DNA from: Botryllus schlosseri
Taxonomy: Eukaryota
Reading direction: 5' to 3'
DNA: 64,000 nt
Assembly: GCA_051294905.1 (NCBI GenBank)
Contig: CM119371.1
Coordinates: 28,460,001-28,524,000, forward strand
Shown here piece by piece: positions 12,605 through 24,900 of the stretch. Below the pieces are notes generated by a model. The model saw only the letters and a list, made by a program, of their open reading frames with translations. It was not told where the DNA came from and ran no database searches. The position numbers and the translations under genes are program-made. Position 1 is the stretch's first letter; each line of letters starts with the position of its first letter.

Positions 12605-15020
12605 CAGGGGTTCTGAACCCGCGGCCCGCAGACGTTTATTTTGCGGCCCGCGACATCTTTCATTACGCAAGCAATTACTATACTGGCACAGAATTGTTAC
12701 ACATTAATTTAGCTACTTAGCTTTCTTATCGCACTGTCTGTTTCGTTTGACTACTCATTCTTTGATGTGTTCTGGTTTCTTGATATAGGCCTATGCTGAA
12801 GTTTAGATTGTTATTGTTTTGAATCGGTATTCGGCTGCACTCTGCTTCACTCTGCTAGAGAGGGTGTGATTTCAATAAGACTTCAACATACTGCGCGAAT
12901 ATTCGCTGTTTCCAGAACTTAGCAGCGAGGCCAACATGACCTGACAAATTTCGAAGCTACAGTTGTTTGATTCAACCGTGACCAGAAGAGTAACAGCAAT
13001 GCCAGTCGATCTTTTATCGCATTTTCTGAACCACGTTGCCGCGTACACTACTTTAGCCTAGCATTGGAGGAATCCACCGGCACCAAAGACATGGCACAGC
13101 TAATTATCTGGGTGCATTTTATCAGAGTAGACATATTTGCAGAGAAAATGCAAAAACAATAAATTTACAAAGCTGACTCCTTTAACTATTGGTGCAGGCA
13201 GCACCGTAACTGCCGCACCCCAAACCCCCCAATTGGGGGGGCCCGAGCTCGATGGGGGCCCAAAATTATTTCGTGAATTAGCATAAATCATAGAGTATTT
13301 TTTGAAAATTTATGCAATTTTTTCAAAATTTTTGCGCGCTGTGCGCGAATTCACGTAGCCATTTATCTTTCTTATTGGGTATTGGGCCATTACCGCGCCA
13401 CGACCCACCAAGACATACAATCAAGTTTTGGGCCATATAACATGCGACTCCAAGAAGTGTGCCAGAACGATTGGCAGCGAGAAAAGCTTGGCCGAAAAGG
13501 TCTATGCCCTTATGCAGATCAAAGACTTCGCTATATATACAAAATACATATAGGCTTAATTGTCCATAGGCGCCTAAATGACTGGCGCCGAATGTTCCTG
13601 TCTTTGCAATCTGAACCTCACAAGACAAATACCATCCCGCTGGGAAAAATTTTATGCCAGTGAAGAAATACCAATTTGAAATCGTGTGCTTCTTTTAGTT
13701 TAGAAGCCTACGTTTGGGCGGTTCTATATTTTCTGATATAGCAGACTGGAAGTCACGAAATAACATCATGTAACGACGTCATATCAACGGTTCCGCCCGT
13801 CCGAAGATGTTTAATCATTATTTACGGGCCCTCCCGTTTTCAAGACACTTCACTCAGCTCTACCGGTAAATCTAATTACGTGAGTAGAGAAGACAATAAA
13901 TTGATAGCATATTATATATGCAGTCGCCGATCTGATTTACCGATTTTATCATAAATTATCGAAAATTTTCGCGCTTGGCGCTGGCTCTCAATACAGTACG
14001 GGTAATTTCGTGACAAACGTGAACAACGTGATGGGGGGTCGTTTTATCACCCTATGGGAGCCCAAGACCCACGTTCTTGGGGGCCTGACGAGGTGCTGTT
14101 TCGTTCCTGCCAACGGGTATACGCCGGAAGATGTTTAATTATTATTGAGTGGTCCTACCATTTCAAACACACCTCACTCAGCTCTACCGGCAAATCTGAT
14201 TACGTGAGTAGAGAGGACAATATATTGATAGCATATTATATATGCAGTCGCCGATCTGATTTACCGATTTTATCATAAATTATCGAAAATTTTCGCGCTT
14301 GGCGCTGGCTCACAATACAGTACAGGTAATTTCATGACAAACGCGAACAACGTGATCGGCGGGGCCGTTTTATTACCCTATGGGAGCCCAAGACCCACGT
14401 TTTTGGGGGCCTCACCTCACCACACCTCACTCAGCTCTACCGGCAAATCTGATTACGTGAGCAGAGAAAAGATAAAAATTGATAACATGTATGCATAATT
14501 CCCGATCATACTGACCGATGAAATCATGAATACTAGAAATTTTGCGCGCTTCGAGCGATTAGGCGACTAAAGCTGATTCACTAAAGAAACTCCCAATGAA
14601 AATGATGAATAGTGGTACACAGTGTATCGCCGGAGGGGGGTCTGGGGGGCGAAGCCCCCCAGACGTTCGGTCTATAACACTATGGGGGGCCCAAGACCAA
14701 AGTTTTGGGGGGGGCCTGACGAAGTGCTGTTACGGCGCTGGGTGCAGGGCTCCATTAGCCATGGAAGGAAAGGAGAAGGGTTGATTGGTTTGCTCAGCAA
14801 TGATCCCGAACACCAGACTTCTTCTCATATCACTGAGAGCTGAAAGTCATGATAGCCTAATGAGCTCTGTAATGAACGAGTGGCCGTTATTTCATACTTG
14901 CTCACTCACTCATTGAAACAGGGAGTTCAGTTCTCTGTTGGAAGGGTTTGCGGTGCATATACCCACTTGGAAACGAATGCAATACAGGCTCCATATGGGA
15001 ATTTACTGGCGCCGAATACC
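12605..15020 (+). mobile_element. Buster/SPIN-like hAT deletion derivative (inverted paralog of 38515-39876), split by insertion 13199-14740
   Basis: Left end CAGGGGTTCTGAAC; blocks align inverted to 38760-39876; transposase remnant ISKLQLFDSTVTRRV. Confidence 0.75.
13199..14740. mobile_element. hAT-type non-autonomous element with internal ~310-bp tandem repeats (relatives at 29840-30400 and 57740-58615)
   Basis: TIR CAGCACCGTAAC/GTTACGGCGCTG and exact 8-bp TSD GGTGCAGG. Confidence 0.88.
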
Positions 15021-15574
15021 GGTTGGTTGTACGGAATCCTCCTATATGTTAATTACATCGCATTGTATATCGTGTGTGCTTGTGCACGTGAAGATATAAT
15101 CTGACGATTATTGAGTCTGCATGAGAAGCAAGTAATTTCGTATCCCGAAACAGCTTATACCTCGTTAGCTATGGCGAGATGTTGAAAGAAGCACACTACA
15201 AATTTAGTGAACTACGGCCACCTCGCAATTGCCAATCAGAAAAGCTTGGGCCTACTTATTACGCCAACTGCACTGTTAACTTTCCCCGGCAAATTACACA
15301 AACGATGCCACGCCAACCATCATTGAATTTTTATTCGTAAGCACTGAGAGCATTGTAATGTAGTAAAAATCGTACAGACATAGAAAATAATCTCAACAGC
15401 CCCATATCTGAACTGAAATTGCATAGCGCGAAGCCCCCATCTCCACTTTCACATCGACCCACGGTTGAACTAACTATGACGAGGGGGTCAAAACATGAGA
15501 CCCCTGAGATTTCGATACCGCTAACTTATCTCGCCTACGAGACAGATCCTTAGGCATGACGTGTCGTAACCGGA

Positions 15575-15985
15575 TTAACCTGAAGAGTCGTCAGAGGACA
15601 TATCGAGGGATTCCGAAGATGTATCGTCCCCGCTCGACAAATCAGTACACGTATCATCATCGCTTTTAGTGCCGCGCATACCGAACGTTCTGATTGTACC
15701 CGGTATTTTCCGCGCGTACTGTATCGTCAATGGCGCGTGCTTTATTGCGTTGCTTGCTTTCTCGTTGCGTAGATGGTTATAATAAGACGAGTCTCGGGCT
15801 GAATTGGAAACGTACAACGAATTGGGTTTAGGCAAAGGTGTAGATCGTAACGTGTGGTAGTAGCGTTTGATATCGTTACTGGCAGGAGGGGGTAGATTTT
15901 GAGAAGGCCTGTCTTTCGTGGAAGGCGTGGTCGCCGTGGATATGCCGCTGTCTGTTGAAGTAGAGTCCAGCGATTGCTGATTGCT
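15575..15985 (-). CDS. SIRT3: Sirtuin exon 8 (Ser/Thr/Pro-rich, acidic C-terminal tail)
   Basis: A perfect TACTAAC branch point precedes acceptor ttgacag. The exon is 137 open codons in phase 0 to TAA, with AATAAA downstream at 15330-15335 (minus). Confidence 0.72.
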   Translation of the reverse strand, partial: SNQQSLDSTSTDSGISTATTPSTKDRPSQNLPPPASNDIKRYYHTLRSTPLPKPNSLYVSNSARDSSYYNHLRNEKASNAIKHAPLTIQYARKIPGTIRTFGMRGTKSDDDTCTDLSSGDDTSSESLDMSSDDSSG

Positions 15986-18900
15986 CTGTCAATCAAGATG
16001 GGGTGGTTAGTAAACAGCAGCAAATCAATCTAAACAGGCCTGAACAGGGTTGCTATTGAATTAGACAGTTTCCATGGCCGTAATGTTGAGATATGATGGT
16101 TGGCTTTGGGAAAAAAGTTTATCGTGGCCAAACTCTAAATGAGTCTAAACCAGGGGTATTCAACCTTAGGTTGGCAGTTTTAAGAGGTTCTAAGTGCTAA
16201 TACGGAAACTACAACTATAAAACTACATTTCATCCAATTTCTAATCAGGCCTTGATGAAAGCTAGGGGACGAAACTGATGACTAGGGCGATTATTCTTTT
16301 GACCTAAAAAATCTAAATTTTGACTTTTTTCGACCCAAACAAACTGATTGTTGGCCAAATTTTGACCCAACGTATGCAGATTATGTGTCTTCCCACATTA
16401 TGTTAAACTTGAACCACTTATCTTTATTTCTGGTTGGAGCTGTATGTCCTAACGAAGTAGTTTGGCCTGAAAAAACGTTTTTGGCTTAGAAACGAGCAAA
16501 TTTTTACATGGAAAAAACTAATATTTTAACGACGTCTGGCCCTATGAAGAATTTGTTGTAGTACGAGGGATACTTTCCTACATTCTTGGGTAGAAAGTGC
16601 GTGTCCTTACTTAGAAGCTTGCCAAGAATGGAGAAAGAACGTTCAACAATAGCAGTTGTTGGCTGACAACACTCAAGTTGTGAGTACCCTGCTGGTGACA
16701 CACCGTGTTGCTTCATTCTGACAAAGCTGTCTGCATCACAATTTTTCATCATGTGATACTTAATATAAGAATGATGCAATGCCCAAGAAGTCTTTCTTCT
16801 GTTAGGATATTGCGGTACGTTGACCATAACACCATGTCAACCTAGTTGTTTTATTTGACCGTTTATGTTTCACGATGAGCAGGCAATGGACCGTTTCCAA
16901 TGGTAGGCCTATAAAGTAGGCTGCAAGCTGTAAAATATCAAATGATAAGTTCACCGACAGTGCAAAATCTACGACACAAACGAAATGCACACGTCAAAAA
17001 AATTCTGACAAATTCTGATTTGACAAATTTTGACCTAACGCTACAATTTTGACAAAATTTTCACAAATTTTGACATGTCAAATAAAAATCGCTCTACTGA
17101 TGACCTTTCTAATATCTGGTCACTTTGAAAATTGTAGCACCATTTCACGTCATACCAGAAAGTGCAGTGCACAATTTAGAAAGCAGCCACCCACACCAAA
17201 TCTTACTTTTTAGAACTAGGTACTTGAGAACTTTGCAAACCATCTTTTCCTACTTCCACAAAAGTAGTTTGACATGTATCTTAAATTGCTACTTCTGCTT
17301 ATAATTGAGTAGAAATTCATCCGGGCGTTACCCCTACCCAAGTACCAACGCAGACTGCTTTTACCGTCTCAGCTATGACTTCACTTCTAAAATGACGCCA
17401 TTCAATTCGGGAATTAGTGAACAGCTGGACAAATTCCGACCTCAAAACTAATATTCAGATGTTTTGACTTCGCCAATCGCCTCTACATATCACCTCGTCA
17501 ATTTTCGTAGTCTCCACGATTACTTTTAAATCTTCAGCCCATCCCAGACTGTCTGCCAACCTGGAAAGAAAACAGGGCTTTATCGTAGGGTCATCATTAG
17601 GGCAAGTTTTTGCAACTTTTGCAACTTTTTTTACAGCTTCTGGAAGCTTCGTGAATACTCATAATGTATGTAGTACGGTATGGTGTTTTAATCTGTTTGG
17701 AGGAGTTTTATGTTGCAACTTCTTGCAACTTTTGTCTATATTTTTAATGCAACTTTTTTCTACAACTTTTATCAAGTATTGCGCAGAATATGTTATAAAA
17801 CTATAATAAAGACTAAATTAAGGGATTTCAAGTGACGATGCGGCCCATCATAGGCGCCGGACGCAGGTATACTGGGTATGCCGTGTTTACCGAGCAATTT
17901 TTCGGGTATGCGGCATACCCACTATTCCGTTAGTCATGAAACTCCCTGAACTAACTGTTAAATTGTGCGAACCGTATGTAAATAAAAATGGAACCATGAT
18001 CGATAGAATAGCGAAGGAAAAAACGGAACAAGCAGACACCGTGCGAATTTTAAACTGCTGGAACCTTTCGAGTATCTCATACCCTCATGATTTCAAAAAA
18101 TTGTATGAAGGAAACTTCTGCAACTTCTGTTAAAATTAAAAAAATAAATGCAGCTTTCTCAGGTTTTCAGTGCAACAGAAACTTGCCCTAGTTATCATAC
18201 GTCCTCCTATAGGATTTGTCCTCCTTTCTGAGGTTTTTGAAATATCCTCCGAGAACGCCCAAAGGTCCTCCTTTTTAGCGATTCGTCCTCCTCTACAGTA
18301 TTTAGAGGTAAGATAAGGGATAGGGCCGAGTGAAAATGGGGGGATATATGACGCTAAACAGGAAATTCGTGGTCAGGACGTAAGTGACGACCTTTTTCTT
18401 CAGTCAACCTATCACAATTTCGTGGTGAATTTACCAATTTTTTCCCCGGATTCCAGTATTGTAAGTCCGAAAATTTTGATAAAGTGTCCCCCTTTCCCGA
18501 TTCCAAAATATGGAAACCCTACTCCATCGTATCCCGATACATGAAAAATCGAGCAATGCTATTGATCAGTGGACGTTATCGTCTAAACCTGTAGGCCACC
18601 AGTTGTGTCAAACTCAACTTGGGTCGCAGGCCGGATCAGCCAAATGATTCTAATATATTACATATCCATACCTTTGTTTTTCACCGGAATGCTTTATTTT
18701 CTAACGCCATGCAAAATAGTTTATATCTATATGCCTCACGGATCCTGTGGGCTCTATTCGAGCAACACCGTTATTTAAAATACGATAATTGACCTTTTGA
18801 ATATAGTTTAATCTACTAAAATAGTGGCTCTAACGACGATACACGTTGGAGTATTTAAATGCTCCTGTTTGTTTTGTTCGTGATGCGTCGTTCGTCCCGC

Positions 18901-21900
18901 GTATTCGTGGTGAGGAATTCAAGAGATTGTAAACTGGGGCGTTTAAGTTTCTGTGAAGGCCGGGGCTGAGGCTGGGACCAGAGATATTTGAATTACATTA
19001 TTCGCGTAGCTATTGTATTCTCCACGCATTTTACATGCAACGGTTTCAGATTGTCGCTTTCGTCATTGTGAATAACTACTATTTGGTAGGTTTTCCAGAA
19101 AACTATGAACTAAGTGTGCACTTTTTTGCCTTTCCGAATCTTTAGTGTCAGTGTCATCGACTTTCTCATGGCGGGTTGCTTGAGCGAAATCTCAACAATG
19201 CCTGCAAATGTTTATAATGTGGACTATGAACGATGAACCTGTTCGACATTCGCTGTCTTGAGGGATTATTTGCGTAAAAAAACTTATGTTAGAAATGTGT
19301 CGGATAATACAATAATTTTTCAAATTAGTCGGAATGGCATCAAGAGCCGGATGAAATGGGCCGTGTGATTGACACCCCTGCTGTAGGCGATATCACTGCT
19401 GGGAATGAGGGATTTCAATTACTTCCTGGAGGCCATAAATATATGTTCTTACCTGTTCACAGTCTGAGCCAAATCTCCCGTGACACCCACATCGTGAGGC
19501 CTCCTCTGTCCTTTTTTCTTAAACGGCCCGACCAATTCCCTGTTCAGCAACACCCTGGGACAGTTGAGCCTCACGGACGAAGTCAGACTCGCGAACGGTT
19601 CGACTTCCAGCGACGTTCCCATGACGATCAGCAGGTCGCATTGCGGAAAATCGCGCAGGTAGTAGTAGAAACGGCGGGGCAGGTCCTCTCCAAAGAATAC
19701 GATGTCCGGCTTTACGACGCCCCAGCAGAGTCCCCCTGAGCGACACCTTGGCACGACACCTTCGAGTACTTTTTTCTGTAAAAAAGCAGCTGCCTATATC
19801 AGAGTGTCATTGATATCACAATTTCAAACCGATAATGATATCTTGAATATGGGCCATTGTTGCCAATATTATCACAGACTACGGAGGGCTTCTTTCTTAT
19901 AAAAGAGGTCAAACTAGTCAGCGAACTACCAGGGATGAAGAGACTCGAGTAAATCTTCACTAAAATGCCACAAAACATAATTAGCCACAGAGCGTTTATT
20001 CCGGGAAACAGATTTCCATAAAGCCCAGGGTCTAACCATAGTGTCCTACAGTGGCGTGGACAGAACTGAATCGCATGGCCCACTGCGATTGGGTTTCCAT
20101 TCTTTCGATTTTACCAAAGACAATTTACGACACTATTTAGATGGGCTCGTGGAGCAAGTGAGCAACAGCAGCGAGAGTGAGAGTGTGAATGCTCAATCGG
20201 TGATATGTTCGTCGTTTGCGCTGTTGCTCACTTGCTACTGAGCTGCGACATCGTTACTCCAGACGGCACTGTGGCGTCATAATGCAAAATTCGAGGGTGA
20301 GTTTGGGGAGGTTCCAGAACTATGAGAAGAATAAAATTTATCTTTTCGTAAACAGTACCGCGGTAGCTTTCAATCGATACCAATTTTATCAAATTCCGTA
20401 AGTAAGTCTAAATAGCGCCAGAAATTGCCTTTGGTCAAATAGAAAGCATGATGTTACCCAACATCAGTGAGCCGTGCGATTTGGTTGTGTCCGCACCACT
20501 GTAGGACACTATGCTCCAACACTCACCTTGATTTCCGCCGAGTCATGTTTCTTCATACACTTTGTACACGTAGCCGTTGAGAATGTACCGTGCGCTTCGA
20601 CCAGTTTCTCAGGAGGCACGCCAGCGACTGTTAGCACATAGTGAGTTGAGTACGTAATATATTAATGGAGATGCGTCCGATCCAAAGTAAAACATTCGAC
20701 ATAAATATGTCAAAGAAAGAATTCCAATCAACATTGCTACGATAGTGTCTTGATGCCAGGAGTGTTTCCATGCCAACATTTGTCATTTGTCTAGCAGTAT
20801 ATTATTTCCATGGAATAGGGTTGGTAACATGGTATGATAAACCAGATTACCGTCTTTTGCCAATGACACCATGAGTGAGTCTTTGACTACATTGTCTAGT
20901 CACTAGTTAGCTTGTTTTAGCCATGGAATAGCCTACATAGAGTTGAGCTTGATGTCATGACTGATGACCTTTTTAATTTTATTTTAGTCATTGGCTTGTG
21001 AAATTTTGCGGATATGCGTAGCCGCCTACAACACTTGAAGGGGTCCATAAACAAAGAAGTTTAAGAACCCCTGCCCAAGGCTGTAGCACAGTGGTTCCCA
21101 ACATGGGCGGTACCTCTCCTAGTCGGCGATTTTGAGACAGGCGATAGGGGGCGAAAATGTTACAACGTCCAGTGAGATGTACTTGCTTAACACGGTCAAA
21201 TAATGCACGTGAAGACGGCTTAATCTGCATATGACGTGACAAACAAGGTCAACTAGACGTAAAATAGACACGGAAACCGGTTTTCCGAGTACCTACCACC
21301 TCTAAAAAATGGCCTTTTTCCAGTAAATTTACCAGCGATCAGAGCTAGGTGAATATATTTCGATTACATAAATATGGGCCGTGGCGAAAATTTGTGTCAA
21401 GATTGATAAGGGGGCGATGAGTCGACAAAGGTTGGGAACCACTACTATAGCCTACCACCGTGACGTGATAGCTTATAATTTTGAATATGTAGATTATTTG
21501 TGGCGCCATCAATCATCAGGCATTGGTCGGAAAGATGCATCTTGGAATTTCGTGATTTTATCTGACAAACTTAACACAGTCTACTCCCTCACGGTAGGCC
21601 TACTCACTGGTGAACTTTTCACAACTTTTGTTAATCAATTTTCTAAATCGCTACTTCAACTTGTCAGCCTCGACCTAATCTACGTTTCATACTTCCGTGA
21701 GGACATTTCAGACTTTTTAAACTTCTACATCGAGTGGATTCGGCATTCTCGAAAATCTCTACCTTTGCACATAACCGAGTATAAGTGTACATTACTTCTA
21801 CAGCCATGTTGAGCAGCCTCAAAGACTAATTTAACCAGCTGTGATATTAAACAGGAGTAATGGTCACAAAATCTTAAGCACTCACTTCGTTCCAATCCGT

Positions 21901-24900
21901 CAATGTTCTGCGTATACATTCTGAGCAGTAGGCCTTTGTCGTGGAGCAGTTTGGCGAAGTAATGCGGCATGCACGGCTTGTATTTTCCGCTGGGATAAAG
22001 CTCTCTGGCCAACGCGAAGAACGGTTTCGGATCGTAGTGGAAATAGTCCAGGTCAAAAATAGCAGTCGGGTTCGGTATTTTGTACTTTTGAAGATTGTCG
22101 TAAAGTCCGGTGCCGGGCGTTCTGAAAATGGAGTAGTCCCCTATTACTGACAATTCACTAGGGATGGTGTGAATGTGACGTTCGCGTTCTGTGTGTGAAC
22201 CTCAGACATTTAGAGGTTCACGTTCACAAACGAACCTTGGTAGTTGGTAGGTTCTGCACTGTGAACCTTTTGGATATAATACAATTTTTCACGTCATAAG
22301 ATCTTTGGTTGAAATTCTTTGCAATTCAACTTTAGACCACTCTATGCATGGCGCTGGCAGCATAAAAAAATGAACACTAAACGAGCATGTACCTTGACAA
22401 TCTCAAAAATTTTACTTGCTTTGTTACAAAAGTTTGCTCGAAATATCCAGCTTTCCGTTTTCCGAATATTTAGTGACTCTCTGCTGTGAGCTTGACCCGC
22501 AATCACACAACATCAGGAACGAAATACACTGCGTGTAGGTAGTCAGCGAATGATGCTTACTCAACCAATCAATGAGATTGATATGAAGAATACATCCGGG
22601 GCATATCGTAGGCCCGATACATCGTTGTCTGATGCAAAAAAAATGTAGCAGGCGTACGGGATCCATCTTGACTTGATATGTTTATTGCACCATAAAACCA
22701 AATCCGTGCGATTGGGGTGTTGGCTACTTTGTTTATCGGTTAATATCGGTATTAAGTATAGCAACAGGTTTTACACTCTACTCAATATCAATGTAGCAAT
22801 AATCAGAAGCCGAATACGTTGTCCAGACAGGCCTAGACCGTTAAAGCGTAAGCCTCGTCGAAATTGCTGGCAAAGCGATGAAAGACATCGATTTTATGGA
22901 ATTATTGTAGTGTTTGCTTGCTCCAGTTGATGCCGTTTAGAATGTCAGCAGGCACTTTAGCATTGTGTCCTGAGTTGTTGCTAGGTATTGTGTGCACTAA
23001 AATGTAGGGTTGGAATTAGTAATATGACGTCACAGGTTAACGTTCGCGTTCACACAGAACCTTTCAAAGAGGTTCGCGTTCACACCAACCTGAACCTTTC
23101 AGGGGTTTGCACAATCCCTACAATTCACTCGTCTGTTAGTATTCGTAATGTCTGCAGAGGTGGTAAAATTAGTCAACGATGGTACTCAAAAAGAGGCAGA
23201 AGTAACGCAGTAAATTTCTACTCAATGACAGGTAGAAGTTAGGGCCGGGTACAATGTTTTAAGTACTCGAATCTGAATTAAGTATTAATTCTATTGATTC
23301 GAGACAGTAATGAAAATATACGCTTCTTGCCACTGCTAGTTACTTTATCAACGAAAATTATACTTTCGATACTGTTTTCCGTTGTGGCAGCCTTGAAACC
23401 AGGGTTGTAACCAGGTCACAAGGTTCCGAGTCACGAGTCAATCTCACTTTTACAGTCGAGTCGAGTCATTCTCAATACACCACCGAGTCCAAGTCAGTGA
23501 GCAGACGTTGGAGTTCGAGTCATAGTGTTGTGACTCGAGTCCAAGTCAACCCACTTTTTCAACTCGGCTCAAGTGATATAGAATGGCTCGCATTCATAAT
23601 ATCATAATTTTCCTCAGTCCTAACAGTTTTTCGCCCTATTTTCCAAGTATAAGGACTGATAGATGAAATACCAACTATGTCGTGACTTTACTATTCTTCG
23701 GAATTACAATGAAATGTATATCTTGACAAAAATTCGCGACTCGAGTCACTGCAGCTCTGCTTGAAACCTCGATTGGTAGTATCGCAGCATACGAAACATA
23801 TCACACAAAGCTACGAACGTTACTGAAAACAACATATTTCTGAAGTCATGCGCAACCCTCAACATTGCCACAAAGTCTAATATATCGTATTGAATGTACG
23901 TACACTTCTAGTTTAAAGCATCGAGACCAAAATCACTATTTAATGAATTTATTAACCTAATGTAGGCCTACTTCGATAGCTGTTGAGGTCGGTCAGACAT
24001 CTGCGGTCGGCCAAAGATGTCAATAAGTAAATTGAATTCGGACTGCATGTCAGATGTAGAGGACCTTAGTAAAGACAACACGTGAACATCAGTCATCTTG
24101 GAACGCAGCCTTGTTCATGGTCGCAAAAGTTTGCTCGCAAATGTATATAGACCCGAACAGAACAAGTGGTTTCATGACCATCTTCCTCAAGTTAGCAAAC
24201 TTGGATTCATTCTGTGACGCATTAAATTTGTTAATACTTTCAGCTTAGAATTTCACTTTAAGATAAAAACTTTCCGCGGCCCGCTCAAAATACTGTCGCG
24301 GGCCGTGTGTGGCTCGCTTCAAAGTGCCCAACTCTTATTCTGATATGGACTGCGTTGAGACCTTCTGCTGATACAAATCATACAATACTTGTACAATTAC
24401 GGTTGGGAAATAGTAGTCATAACAAAATATAACGCATTACCTGAAATCCGGTATGCCACTGCCCGTGCTGATACCGGCGCCAGCCATTATGATTATATTT
24501 TTCGCTTTCCCGGAGGATATCATCTTGGCGATGTCCTTGACTTTGTCGTATTTCTTTACTTCACCGCTGTGATTGGTGTCCGTGGATAAGCGTCGTTTTG
24601 TTACTCTGAAAGGGTAAAACAAATCATCAAAAATACACAAGGTCAAGCGAAATTATTCAAAGGATGTAAACATACTGAAATGAACTCGAGTATTTTCAGG
24701 CGACCATCCTCAGGGGTAATCGTCAGCAACCAGTAGAGAATTGGAAAGAACACTGTGCATCAACAATAGTTCCGTATCACCAAATATGACGTGACAGGGG
24801 GCAAAGAGAAGCGCTAAAGCTCAACACACTATATTTAGATGGTACATGAACTCCTATTGGCACAGACTCGGCTGGCGTATTTTGATAAAAATTGACTACA

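Noticed and set aside
13054..13060. TAGCCTA as another footprint insertion
   Set aside because: The paralog at ~39095 reads TAGCATA, so this is a substitution, not an insertion.
16250..16285. TGATGA...GAAAC / CTGATGA as a hammerhead ribozyme
   Set aside because: No stem II pairing is present, and CTGATGAC is the TSD of the adjacent hAT element.
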